Assembly (NCBI GenBank): GCA_045577925.1 | Contig: JAZNJH010000031.1 | Location: 115,612 to 179,611 of the forward strand | Direction: 5' to 3' | Length of the DNA stretch: 64,000 nt | From: Eubacteriales bacterium | GTDB lineage: Bacteria; Bacillota; Clostridia; Oscillospirales; CAG-272 | Part shown: positions 18,437-28,165 of the stretch, piece after piece | How the letters are laid out: the number at the start of each line of letters is the position of its first letter | Position numbering within the stretch: position 1 is the stretch's first letter | Translations under genes and position numbers: made by a program | The notes under the pieces: generated by a model | What the model was told of the DNA's origin: nothing | What the model saw: the letters and a program-made list of their open reading frames with translations, nothing else | Database searches by the model: none

Positions 18437-20191
18437 ATGGCTTTTGATGCAGGCATGCTTGCCGCAACTTTAAATGAAATTTCAAATATAGCTCTGCCCG
18501 GGCGAGTTGAAAAGGTTCTCCAACCAACGCACGATGAAATAGTACTTCTTATGCACAGCGACTCGGGTAGCATCAGATTATCCATATCTGCCTCGACCAA
18601 CACACCAAGAATAAATATAACAAACGAGTCAAAAGAAAATCCAAAAGCACCACCCATGTTCTGCATGCTTTTGCGAAAGCATCTGAACGGCGCAAAGCTT
18701 ACAGGCGTACGTCAGCTTTCTTTTGAGCGCGCGGCTGAGCTTACTTTCGATTCTCGAGATGAACTAGGTTACAGATGTGAAAAATATCTCATTGCTGAAA
18801 CCATGGGAAAATACAGCAATATCATACTATTATCAAATGAACGCAAAATAATAAGCGCGCTTCGCATAATTGATTTCTCATCTAATACAAAACGCCAGAT
18901 CCTCCCCGGCATGATATACGAGCTTCCTCCCTCAGGTGGCAGGCTTGATCCACTGCTCTCGACAAAAAATGATTTTGGCAATAAGCTTGCCGATGTATCT
19001 GATAATATTTTATGCGAGAAATTTCTGCTCTCATCGTTTATGGGAATAAGCCCGCTTATAGCGCGTGAGATAGCTTACAGAGCTACGGGTAATACCTCCG
19101 CTCTACTTTGCGAATGTGATAAAGAAAAACTATATTCATCGTTTTCCGATATATTCTCAAAAGTATCAAACAAGACGTTCAAGCCCGTGCTCGTTGCCGA
19201 TCAAAACGGTAAGATGATCGAGTTTTCGTATACCGATATAAGACAATATGAAAGCAACGGCATAATTCGCGAGCTTGATTCATTTGCAGAGCTTTTTGAA
19301 ACGTATTACGGTTCAAGAGAACGTGCCGAAAGGATACGTCAACGTGCAAGCGATGTATTGAGGCTGCTTACAAATGCAGAAGCAAGACTTACAAAAAAGC
19401 TCGCTGCGCAGAAAAACGAGTTATCTGATTGCTCTGACAAAGATAAATACAGAGTTTTCGGTGATCTTATCATGTCTTCGCTTCATTTATTAAAAAAAGG
19501 CGATAAAGAAGCCCTGCTCACAGATTATTACAGCGAAGATCAAAAGGAAGTAAAAATAGCACTTGATGAGAAGCTTACACCTACGCAGAATGCTCAAAGA
19601 TACTATAAAAAATATAATAAAGCAAAAACGGCGGAAAGTGTTCTCGCAAAGCAGATAGAACTCGCAGAAAAGGAGCTAGAGTATATATATACCGTTTTCG
19701 ACTCACTGTCAAAATGCGAGACTGAAGCAGATATTACAGAAATACGCAGTGAGCTGTATCATGCGGGTTATGCTTCAAAAATGAAAAACTACGCCGAACA
19801 GAAAAAGCATGCACCAAAGCCGCTTGAGTTTACGTCAAGCTCAGGTTACAGGATACTTTGCGGTAAAAATAACAGTCAAAACGATTATATTACCACAAAG
19901 CTTGCAGGTAAGCTTGACTTATGGTTTCACGTTAAAAATGCGCCCGGCTCACACGTTATTTTAATCTCGGGTGGCGAAGAACCAGATGCCGTTGACTTTA
20001 CCGAAGCCGCAACAATAGCTGCGTATTACTCAAAGTTATCCGACGGAGAAAGTGTTGCAGTTGACTATACGCAGGTCAAGAACGTAAAAAAGCCAAACGG
20101 CTCAAAGCCGGGATTTGTTATATATACAACAAACTATACCGCATACGTTACACCTGACCGTGAATTAGTTGATAGATTAAAAAAGAAATAA
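18437..20191 (+). CDS. rqcH: Ribosome quality-control factor RqcH (NFACT/FbpA family)
   Basis: MAFDAG, PPMFCMLLRKHL, NAQRYYKKYNKAK, GKNNSQND and WFHVKNAPGSHV motifs. Confidence 0.93.
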   Translation: MAFDAGMLAATLNEISNIALPGRVEKVLQPTHDEIVLLMHSDSGSIRLSISASTNTPRINITNESKENPKAPPMFCMLLRKHLNGAKLTGVRQLSFERAAELTFDSRDELGYRCEKYLIAETMGKYSNIILLSNERKIISALRIIDFSSNTKRQILPGMIYELPPSGGRLDPLLSTKNDFGNKLADVSDNILCEKFLLSSFMGISPLIAREIAYRATGNTSALLCECDKEKLYSSFSDIFSKVSNKTFKPVLVADQNGKMIEFSYTDIRQYESNGIIRELDSFAELFETYYGSRERAERIRQRASDVLRLLTNAEARLTKKLAAQKNELSDCSDKDKYRVFGDLIMSSLHLLKKGDKEALLTDYYSEDQKEVKIALDEKLTPTQNAQRYYKKYNKAKTAESVLAKQIELAEKELEYIYTVFDSLSKCETEADITEIRSELYHAGYASKMKNYAEQKKHAPKPLEFTSSSGYRILCGKNNSQNDYITTKLAGKLDLWFHVKNAPGSHVILISGGEEPDAVDFTEAATIAAYYSKLSDGESVAVDYTQVKNVKKPNGSKPGFVIYTTNYTAYVTPDRELVDRLKKK

Positions 20192-20228
20192 CAAAAAATC
20201 TCCGAGTTTAAAACTCGGAGATTTTTTG
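20192..20228. terminator. Bidirectional intrinsic terminator
   Basis: caaaaaatctccgagttt-a-aaactcggagattttttg perfect stem between convergent genes. Confidence 0.9.
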
Positions 20229-20232
20229 TTAT

Positions 20233-21927
20233 TCATAACGTTGTTGCCGGATCGCTGTAATCCCCAATTCCGGAGAAGCAGTTTACCTTATCCTGCATAT
20301 AGAACTGAGTATTTGCAAGCATAGCATCATTTCCTTCCGCGCCAGGCATTTCGGGAATCCCATCAGGTCTCTCGCCCTTCATTTGGAAATCTTCTCTATC
20401 AGGCCTTTCCATATTTTCTCGGTCATTGCCTCTTTGAGGGAACTCATCTTTAGGCATTTCGGGAAACTCGTCGGGCTTCATTTCAGGCGTATTGGGCATA
20501 TCTCCCTTAGGAAACTCAGGCATATCATCCGGTCTGACAAAACCGTGTCCGTAATTGTTGCCGCCCATTTGCTCTCGGTTAAAATTCGGCCTGAATTCAA
20601 CATCGGTGCCCGTAAAGGATTGTATTACTGCTCCGGTATAAGAAGTGATACTCGAAGGGTCATATACACCGCTTATTTCACTTCCTACTATATTGCCACC
20701 GATATAGACATTATAAGTGTCTTCGAGTGCAAAGTCCGGAGATGAGATCACTGCACCTTTGTATCTTCGTACGTCGGAGCCAACGATCTCGTCTTCGGAA
20801 GGATCGTAAGCAAATACCACGCTTCCGTCTTCACGCGTTATTATGATCGCATCGTCAGACTGCTTATACTCAGCAAACTGCAGATTCATCGTTACCTGGT
20901 TGCTGTCGCTCTCTGCCCAATCCATCGTTGAACCAAGCGCCACTACTGTACCGCCGTTGACAAATGAACCCATATCGCTGTCAAGTCCTGCGTCTGCCGC
21001 AGGATTTGCGCTGGCTATTACCGAACCGCCGTTGATAACGAGCCAGCCGTTAGAATCAATACCATCGCCCTCGTCACCTAGTCCTGCAATTATTCTGAGG
21101 TTTCCTCCGTTTATGGTAGTTACTGATACACCGTCTTCGTTTGTATTTATACCGTCGTTACCCGAGCGTATGTTTATGTTTCCACCGTTTATCGTAAGGT
21201 GTAATTCTGTGTCTAGACCTTCATTATCTGCAGTTATATCAAGAAGTCCCGTATTACCTGAAACGTTCATCGACATATATGAATATACCGCCGCGTCCTG
21301 CTTCCAAAGCTTCTTTTCTTCTGCCTGATCCTTATAAATCCTTGCCACGTGAGATCCGTTTATTATATTCTCGCTATTATCGGCAATAATGATATTCGCT
21401 CCTGCCGCCGTTGTGTCCACATCATATGTTGCCGTTTCTGCTGACCATTTGTTATCGCACTCGTATACGTTTAAAAACAGTATCGCAGGTGCGACCTCGC
21501 AGTTTATATTTACAGAATCAAGAATAAGCTCAACAACTGCAGTCGGATCAGTTTTCGCTTCTTCTCCGAGATCAATCCGTACTTGTCCGAGTTCAAGCTC
21601 GCCTGTTAATCTGTACGTGCCCGGCTTAGTTATGTTTATTACCGTGTGAGAATCAGCTACTTCTGCGCTGTGACGCTCACTTGGTTCGCCCTCTCCGTAC
21701 GGGTTGCCGCTGTCATATGTAACTCTGTCTTCATAATAAATTATGTCATTACTCGTATATACCGACACAGAATCACCGTTTTCTATATTTTTACCATTTA
21801 CGGTAATACGTTCGTTTGACATAGTTATAATAGTTTCTGCACCTTGGGTATCACTGTTACATGCTGCAAGACTGATCAAAGCCATGATCATAATCAAAAT
21901 AGCTGATAATATCTTACGTGAATTCAT
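20233..21927 (-). CDS. Lipoprotein with Cthe_2159/DUF4353-like beta-helix carbohydrate-binding domain and Pro/Glu/Met-rich C-terminal repeats
   Basis: Lipobox LAAC; repeated INGG.I.I...DG(I/L)D turns; PEMPK/PEFPK low-complexity tail. Confidence 0.8.
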   Translation of the reverse strand: MNSRKILSAILIMIMALISLAACNSDTQGAETIITMSNERITVNGKNIENGDSVSVYTSNDIIYYEDRVTYDSGNPYGEGEPSERHSAEVADSHTVINITKPGTYRLTGELELGQVRIDLGEEAKTDPTAVVELILDSVNINCEVAPAILFLNVYECDNKWSAETATYDVDTTAAGANIIIADNSENIINGSHVARIYKDQAEEKKLWKQDAAVYSYMSMNVSGNTGLLDITADNEGLDTELHLTINGGNINIRSGNDGINTNEDGVSVTTINGGNLRIIAGLGDEGDGIDSNGWLVINGGSVIASANPAADAGLDSDMGSFVNGGTVVALGSTMDWAESDSNQVTMNLQFAEYKQSDDAIIITREDGSVVFAYDPSEDEIVGSDVRRYKGAVISSPDFALEDTYNVYIGGNIVGSEISGVYDPSSITSYTGAVIQSFTGTDVEFRPNFNREQMGGNNYGHGFVRPDDMPEFPKGDMPNTPEMKPDEFPEMPKDEFPQRGNDRENMERPDREDFQMKGERPDGIPEMPGAEGNDAMLANTQFYMQDKVNCFSGIGDYSDPATTL

Positions 21928-22020
21928 AAAATCCTCCGAATATTTGATACGCTTATTCTACATCAATATTATAACTTTTTCGTGACGGATAGTCAATTCT
22001 TATATGAATTTCAAATGAAT

Positions 22021-22050
22021 AAAAAAGCCGGGTAGCAAAATACCCGACTT
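22021..22050 (-). terminator. Terminator after argF
   Basis: gtcgggta/tacccggc stem with T-run on the minus strand. Confidence 0.75.
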
Positions 22051-22057
22051 TAAAATA

Positions 22058-22966
22058 TTATTTATCACCAAGGCACTTAACGAGAACTGCCTTCTGAACG
22101 TGCAGTCTGTTTTCTGCTTCATCAAAGATCTCGTCTGCATGTGCTTCAAAAACCTTTGCGGTTATCTCTTCCTCACGATGTGCAGGCAGGCAATGCTGTA
22201 CCATAACGTCAGGCTTAGCAACTTCTATTACACTGTCATTTATCTGATAGCTCTTGAAGATCTTACGTCTTTCTTCTGCCTCGGATTCCTGACCCATAGA
22301 AGCCCATACGTCTGTAAAGAGCACGTCGGAATCAGCTGCCGCTTCAAGAATATTGTCTGTGCATAAAAATTCTCCGTTTTCGCTTGCCCACTTCATAATC
22401 TCTGCATCGGGCTCATATCCCTTAGGACATGCTACGCTTACCTTCATACCCATTTTTATGCCGCCTACTATAAGCGAGTTGGTCATATTGTTACCGTCGC
22501 CGATATAGCACATTTTCTTGCCTTCAAGATTACCCTTGTGCTCCCTCATTGTCATAAGGTCAGCAAGCACCTGGCAGGGATGGCAGTAGTCTGTAAGGCC
22601 GTTGATTATCGGAATACTTCCGTACTCTGCAAGAGCTTCAACCTCAGACTGTGCAAAAGTTCTTATCATAATTCCGTCAAGATAACGTGAAAGCACGCGT
22701 GCAGTGTCTTCAACAGGCTCGCCGCGGCCTATCTGAAGGTCACGCGAGCTCAAAAAGAGTGCGTTTCCACCAAGATCGTACATACCAACCTCAAAGGATA
22801 CACGCGTTCTTGTTGATGATTTTTCAAAAATCATACCAAGCGTCTTTCCCTTGAGAAGATGATGCTCTATGCCGTGCTTCTTTTCGTATTTAAGCTGGTC
22901 CGCTATGTTAAGTATTTCTATTATCTCCTTTTTGGAGAGGTCCATTAACTTAAGTAAATGCTTCAT
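22058..22966 (-). CDS. argF: Ornithine carbamoyltransferase
   Basis: SSTRTRVSFE, HPCQ and HCLPA motifs. Confidence 0.98.
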   Translation of the reverse strand: MKHLLKLMDLSKKEIIEILNIADQLKYEKKHGIEHHLLKGKTLGMIFEKSSTRTRVSFEVGMYDLGGNALFLSSRDLQIGRGEPVEDTARVLSRYLDGIMIRTFAQSEVEALAEYGSIPIINGLTDYCHPCQVLADLMTMREHKGNLEGKKMCYIGDGNNMTNSLIVGGIKMGMKVSVACPKGYEPDAEIMKWASENGEFLCTDNILEAAADSDVLFTDVWASMGQESEAEERRKIFKSYQINDSVIEVAKPDVMVQHCLPAHREEEITAKVFEAHADEIFDEAENRLHVQKAVLVKCLGDK

Positions 22967-22982
22967 AATAATTACCTTTCTT

Positions 22983-24149
22983 TCAAACGGGCTTTGCCGC
23001 TTCTTTAATTACTTCGATAGCAGTTTTAAGCTGATCCATCGGTATATTCAGAGCCGGAAGAAGTCTGACTTTATGCTTTGCCTTTATCGGCATAACGCCG
23101 TTTTCCATACATTTTGCAATAACCTCTGATGCATCACGCTCTGTTTCAATGCCGAGCATAAGCCCAAGTCCCGTTACGCTCTTGATTCCGGGCGCGCCTT
23201 CAAGTGAAGATTTAATATACTCACTTCTCTCTCTAACGCCGTCAAGAAGCTTATCGTCGAGTCTTTCAAAAATGCTGAGAGCTCCTGCGCATGCAACGGG
23301 ATTGCCTCCGAAAGTAGAACCGTGGTCTCCGCGGCATAAAACGTTACACGTTTTTTCATTGAACATAGTAGCTCCGATCGGGAGCCCGCCGCCAAGCCCC
23401 TTAGCTGTGCTGACGATATCGGGAGTTATACCGAAATGCATATAGCCGTAAAGCTTACCTGTACGCCCGTTACCGCACTGTACCTCGTCTGCAATAAGAA
23501 GTATATCTTTTTCTTTAGCTATTTTAACAACCGTTTCAACAAAGTCTTTATCAAGCGGATTAACACCGCCCTCGCCCTGAAGCGGCTCAAACATAATTGC
23601 AGCCACTTTGTTTTCAACTGCAAGCTTTTCAAGCATCTCGCTATTGTTTGTTTCACAGTAGATGAAGCCCTCTGTAAGGGGAGTGAACATCTTGTGAAAA
23701 ACATCCTGTCCGGTTGCGGAAAGTGTTGTTATCGTTCTGCCGTGAAAGCTTCCTGTCAGCGTTATTATGTTATAATATTCTGCACCATGCTTTTCTGCAG
23801 CATATTTACGCGCGGTCTTTATAGCACACTCATTCGCTTCAGCTCCGGAATTTGAAAAAAAGACCTTTTTCATTCCCGTCTTTTCGCACATAAGCTCTGC
23901 AAGCTTTGCGCAGGGAGCGCTGTAATAGAGATTTGATGTGTGCTGAAAGAGGTTAAGCTGTTTATTGACAGCTTCTATCCACTTGTCATCACACAAGCCA
24001 AACGTGTTAACTGCAATTCCCGTTGAGAGGTCTATGTACTCCTTACCTTGCAAGTCCTTTACTATACTGCCATTTCCTGATACTATCTCAACAGGAAAAC
24101 GGGCATACGTATCAGCAACGTAAGTTGAATCAAGTATTTTTGTATCCAT
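22983..24149 (-). CDS. argD: Acetylornithine aminotransferase
   Basis: NSGAEANE, FHGRT, DEVQCG and AKGLGGG motifs; start MDTK at 24149. Confidence 0.96.
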   Translation of the reverse strand: MDTKILDSTYVADTYARFPVEIVSGNGSIVKDLQGKEYIDLSTGIAVNTFGLCDDKWIEAVNKQLNLFQHTSNLYYSAPCAKLAELMCEKTGMKKVFFSNSGAEANECAIKTARKYAAEKHGAEYYNIITLTGSFHGRTITTLSATGQDVFHKMFTPLTEGFIYCETNNSEMLEKLAVENKVAAIMFEPLQGEGGVNPLDKDFVETVVKIAKEKDILLIADEVQCGNGRTGKLYGYMHFGITPDIVSTAKGLGGGLPIGATMFNEKTCNVLCRGDHGSTFGGNPVACAGALSIFERLDDKLLDGVRERSEYIKSSLEGAPGIKSVTGLGLMLGIETERDASEVIAKCMENGVMPIKAKHKVRLLPALNIPMDQLKTAIEVIKEAAKPV

Positions 24150-24168
24150 ATATTTACACCCTTGGCTA

Positions 24169-25035
24169 TTAAAGCCTGTCTCCTGATACGAACATTGTAC
24201 CGATGCCCTCATCGGTTAGCGTTTCAATAAGTATAGAGTGAGGCACTCTTCCGTCTATTATAAAGACTTTTCTAACACCGCGTCTAATTGCTTCTGTACA
24301 GCATTCGATCTTAGGTATCATACCGCCGGATATTATACCTTCGCGGATAAGACTCGGTGTTTCGCTGACCGTTATTTTTGGGATAAGCGTTGAAGGATCG
24401 TCTTTATCTCTGAGTATACCGCATATATCGGTCATAGAAACAAGGCTTTCAGCACCAAGCTCGGCTGCGATCATTGCAGCAACCGTATCTGCATTTATAT
24501 TATATACGTTGTTATCCATATCACAACCGATAGACGATATTACAGGTATGTAACCATTGTCGAGCAAAATATTGATAGGTTCAACGTTAACCGATACTAT
24601 CTCTCCAACGTATCCGAGCTTTTCATCAAGCTGCTTTGCAACTATAAGCTTACCGTCAGGGCCGGAAAGACCAACAGATTTTCCACCGCGGCTTTCTATA
24701 AGATTAACAAGCGATTTATTAACCTTACCGGCAAGCACCATCTGAGCAATTTCTGCAGTTTCCGCATCAGTCACTCTGAGTCCGTTTACAAAGGTACTCT
24801 CCTTGCCTACTCTTTTGAGCATGTCGCTGATCTCAGGACCACCGCCGTGAACGAGCACGACCTTTATGCCGATAAGCGAGAGAAGAACTATATCGCCCAT
24901 TACGGCATTCTTAAGCTCTTCATTTATCATAGCGTTTCCGCCGTATTTTACAACGATAATTTTGTCCTTGTATTTCTGTATGTATGGAAGCGCCTCCGTT
25001 AATATCTGCGCTCTGTCTGTGTTATTTATCTTCAT
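24169..25035 (-). CDS. argB: Acetylglutamate kinase
   Basis: VVKYGGNAM, VHGGGPEI, NINAD and GGMIPK motifs. Confidence 0.98.
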   Translation of the reverse strand: MKINNTDRAQILTEALPYIQKYKDKIIVVKYGGNAMINEELKNAVMGDIVLLSLIGIKVVLVHGGGPEISDMLKRVGKESTFVNGLRVTDAETAEIAQMVLAGKVNKSLVNLIESRGGKSVGLSGPDGKLIVAKQLDEKLGYVGEIVSVNVEPINILLDNGYIPVISSIGCDMDNNVYNINADTVAAMIAAELGAESLVSMTDICGILRDKDDPSTLIPKITVSETPSLIREGIISGGMIPKIECCTEAIRRGVRKVFIIDGRVPHSILIETLTDEGIGTMFVSGDRL

Positions 25036-25053
25036 AATTTCTGCCTCTTTTTA

Positions 25054-26265
25054 TCAGGTGCGGTAATCACCGTTTATTTTGACGTAATCATACGTAAGGT
25101 CGCAACCCCAGGCGGTAGCACTCACGTTGCCGAGATTCAAATCGATAACTGTTGTTATCTCGTCCTCGGACAATATCTTCTTTGCTTCATCCTCTGAGAA
25201 ATCAACGCCTGCGCCGTTTCTGCAAACCATGATCTCTCCGGCCTTAGACTTGAAGTAAACGTCTATTTTATTAACGTCAACGTCAGCCTGACTGTATCCT
25301 ATTGCACAAAGCACACGACCCCAGTTAGCATCAGCGCCGAACATTGCAGCTTTATAAAGCGATGATGTTACAACCGATTTTGCAACAGTTTTAGCAGTCT
25401 TAAGATCGGGGGCAGAGTTGACCTCGATTTCAAGCATCTTCGTCGCTCCCTCGCCGTCACCTGCAATACACTTGCAAAGATAAACGGTAATACTGTTAAG
25501 AGCTTTCATAAACTCGTCAAATGCTTCGCCCTCACAGTCAATAATATCGTTTCCTGCTTCACCGTTTGCAAGGACTGTAACCATATCATTTGTTGACGTA
25601 TCACCGTCAACGCTTACCATGTTAAAGGTATTTTCTATATCACTCTTTAATGCCTTTGAAAGCATATCGGGCGATATTTTACAGTCGGTGGTTATAAACA
25701 CAAGCATCGTTGCCATGTTGGGGTGTATCATACCCGAGCCTTTTGCTATACCGCCGATCTTGCATTCAACGCCACCTATATCAAAGCTTACTGCAATTTC
25801 TTTAAGCTTTACGTCGGTTGTCATTATACCAAGTGCCGCCTCTGTGCTGTTATCGCCAAGCGACTCTACAAGCTTTGGCATAGCATTCTTAATCGGGGTA
25901 ATATCAAGAGGCTGACCTATAACTCCCGTTGATGCCACAACAACGTCGGTTTTATCAATACCAAGTGCAGCTGATGTAAGAGCGCACATTTCTTCTGCTA
26001 TTTCTATACCGTTCGCATTACATGTATTAGCATTACCGCTGTTGCAGATTATGGCACGTGCATATCCGTTTGCCACGTTGTTTTTAGTAACGGTTATAGG
26101 CGCGCCTTTAACAAGATTTGTCGTATATACGCAAGCCGCAGCAGCCTCACGCGAGCTAACTATCAGGCTTAAATCATTTTTTGTTTTGTTCTTTCTTATT
26201 CCCGCATGTACGCCTGCCGCTTTAAAGCCTTTAGCCGCACATACACCGCCGTTTATAATTTTCAT
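25054..26265 (-). CDS. argJ: Bifunctional glutamate N-acetyltransferase / ornithine acetyltransferase
   Basis: KGSGMIHPNMATML autoproteolysis motif; DGDTSTND; start at 26265. Confidence 0.98.
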   Translation of the reverse strand: MKIINGGVCAAKGFKAAGVHAGIRKNKTKNDLSLIVSSREAAAACVYTTNLVKGAPITVTKNNVANGYARAIICNSGNANTCNANGIEIAEEMCALTSAALGIDKTDVVVASTGVIGQPLDITPIKNAMPKLVESLGDNSTEAALGIMTTDVKLKEIAVSFDIGGVECKIGGIAKGSGMIHPNMATMLVFITTDCKISPDMLSKALKSDIENTFNMVSVDGDTSTNDMVTVLANGEAGNDIIDCEGEAFDEFMKALNSITVYLCKCIAGDGEGATKMLEIEVNSAPDLKTAKTVAKSVVTSSLYKAAMFGADANWGRVLCAIGYSQADVDVNKIDVYFKSKAGEIMVCRNGAGVDFSEDEAKKILSEDEITTVIDLNLGNVSATAWGCDLTYDYVKINGDYRT

Positions 26266-26280
26266 ATTAAATCCTTTCAA

Positions 26281-27210
26281 TCAAAGCTCAAGCCCGTCTG
26301 TTACATCAAAGCCAAGCACTATATTCATACATTCAAGAGCACATCCCGATGCACCATGACCAAGATTATCAAATGCCGCGCAAAGAAGTATGCGCTCGTC
26401 GTTACCAAGCACGCTTATCTCCATACTGTCAAGGCCCGACATTTTAGCTCCCGACAAAAATCCGCCTTCCGCAATTTCGTCGGTGTATTTTACAACCGGT
26501 CCGTTATAAAGTGCTTTATATACCTTTTTGATATCATCGACCGAGCCGTATTTAAGATCCTTAGCAAAAAGCGGTACAGTCACGATCATGCCGCTGTAAA
26601 AATCAGAAACAATCGGGCAGAATATCGGATTATGCTCAAGCATACACACTGCCTTCATTTCTTTAAGATGCTTGTGATTCTGCGTAAGTCCGTACTGCCT
26701 GGGAGCTTCCATAAGAGGTGTTTTGGATTCACCCTCGTATTCGGCTATCATCTTTTTGCCGCCGCCTGAATATCCGGTTATTGAATGGCAGAAGAGCGCT
26801 GTGTCTTTATCAAGTATACCTGCTTTTATAAGCGGATAAACCAGCGCAACAAATCCTCCGGCATGACATCCGGGTACTGCTATTCTTTTAGAGTTCTTTA
26901 TCTTTTCATACTGATCTGCAGAAAGCTCAGGCAGACCGTATACAAAATCTGGATGCTTTCTGTGAGCAGTTGAAGTATCTATAATTACCGTATCGGGATT
27001 TGAGCAAAGCGACACCGCCTCTATTGCGGCCTCATCAGGAAGACAAAGAAAAGTTATATCACTTTTATTTATTGCTTCTCTTCTCTTTTCCTTATCCTTA
27101 CGATCTGCTTCGTTTAATCTTATAAGCTCAATATCTTTTCTGTTCTCAAGTCTTTGGTATATACGCAGGCCGGTAGTTCCCACACTGCCGTCGATAAACA
27201 CCTTTTTCAT
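26281..27210 (-). CDS. argC: N-acetyl-gamma-glutamyl-phosphate reductase (type 2)
   Basis: FIDGSVGTTG, PGCH, TGYSGGGK and DNLGHGASG motifs; start at 27210. Confidence 0.97.
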   Translation of the reverse strand: MKKVFIDGSVGTTGLRIYQRLENRKDIELIRLNEADRKDKEKRREAINKSDITFLCLPDEAAIEAVSLCSNPDTVIIDTSTAHRKHPDFVYGLPELSADQYEKIKNSKRIAVPGCHAGGFVALVYPLIKAGILDKDTALFCHSITGYSGGGKKMIAEYEGESKTPLMEAPRQYGLTQNHKHLKEMKAVCMLEHNPIFCPIVSDFYSGMIVTVPLFAKDLKYGSVDDIKKVYKALYNGPVVKYTDEIAEGGFLSGAKMSGLDSMEISVLGNDERILLCAAFDNLGHGASGCALECMNIVLGFDVTDGLEL

Positions 27211-27271
27211 GTATACCCTTCCTTTCACTTTATCTTGCTAACAATAGTTGAACTTCAATAATTATTCACCA

Positions 27272-27352
27272 TATGCATTATTATACATCTTTTTTGCATA
27301 AATTGCAATATATTTTGCATATTTATTTGCAAGTTCGTGTATTTTTTTACAT
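27272..27352 (-). promoter_or_regulatory. argC promoter overlapped by tandem ARG boxes (ArgR/AhrC operators)
   Basis: TTGCAA(27303-8)-17-TATAAT(27280-5); TGCAT half-sites at 27274, 27295 and 27316 (21-bp period); best box tatgcattattatacatc. Confidence 0.8.
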
Positions 27353-27405
27353 TTTAGAACAAATTTGCGGTAACTTTAACGAATTTTTATTAATTTTTAA
27401 TAAAA

Positions 27406-28146
27406 TTACTTCATTTCCTCTATGTAATAAACGTAATCAAGGGACTTAAGTGCTTCAATTATCTCAATATGAGTCTTATATTTTTTCAACTCTGCACTGT
27501 TTATAGTAACAGCAACAGAATAAACGCTCATGCCCGAATTTATGTAAGCAGGATTAACTTCGATTTCATCTATTATGAGGCCAAGTTTACGTATCGTCAT
27601 TACAAAGTCCTGCAGATTACTGCTACTCTTTAATTCAAGATGCATCTCAAAATGATTGGAACGGTTTTTAAGATAACGTTCAAAACGCGGAAAAATCGAA
27701 AGTGAACAAAGCAACGCTATAAAAGATATAAGTGTTACAGTGTACAGACCTGCACCTATTGTGAGTCCAATTATCGCACACGTCCAAAGACCAACTGAAG
27801 TCGTGAGACCACGTATCTGATTTTTTGAGCTGTATACCATAGAGTTTACACATATTGTTGCCGAGCCAACAACGATTGCCGCAGAAATCAGATAAAAAGA
27901 AGCGCCGTACGCCTGATTGATAAAAATATCAACAAGCATGCCTATCGTAGAAGCCAGCGAAACAAGCATAAACGTCCTGAGACCTGCCGAATGTCTTTTG
28001 CTTGAACGCTCGCAGCCTATTATTGCAGCTAAAATAAGAACTGTCGCAATTCTGAGTAATATCGACCATATGTTAAGATCAGCCGACCATTCTCCTAAAA
28101 TATAAACTATCGGGTCTGTCATTTGTATTGAAGTAATTATATCCAT
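27406..28146 (-). CDS. MgtC/SapB family membrane protein with C-terminal ACT-like domain
   Basis: IGCER...AGLRTFMLV and GLTTSVGLW motifs; start at 28146. Confidence 0.88.
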   Translation of the reverse strand: MDIITSIQMTDPIVYILGEWSADLNIWSILLRIATVLILAAIIGCERSSKRHSAGLRTFMLVSLASTIGMLVDIFINQAYGASFYLISAAIVVGSATICVNSMVYSSKNQIRGLTTSVGLWTCAIIGLTIGAGLYTVTLISFIALLCSLSIFPRFERYLKNRSNHFEMHLELKSSSNLQDFVMTIRKLGLIIDEIEVNPAYINSGMSVYSVAVTINSAELKKYKTHIEIIEALKSLDYVYYIEEMK

Positions 28147-28165
28147 GAGTATATATCCTTTCATA

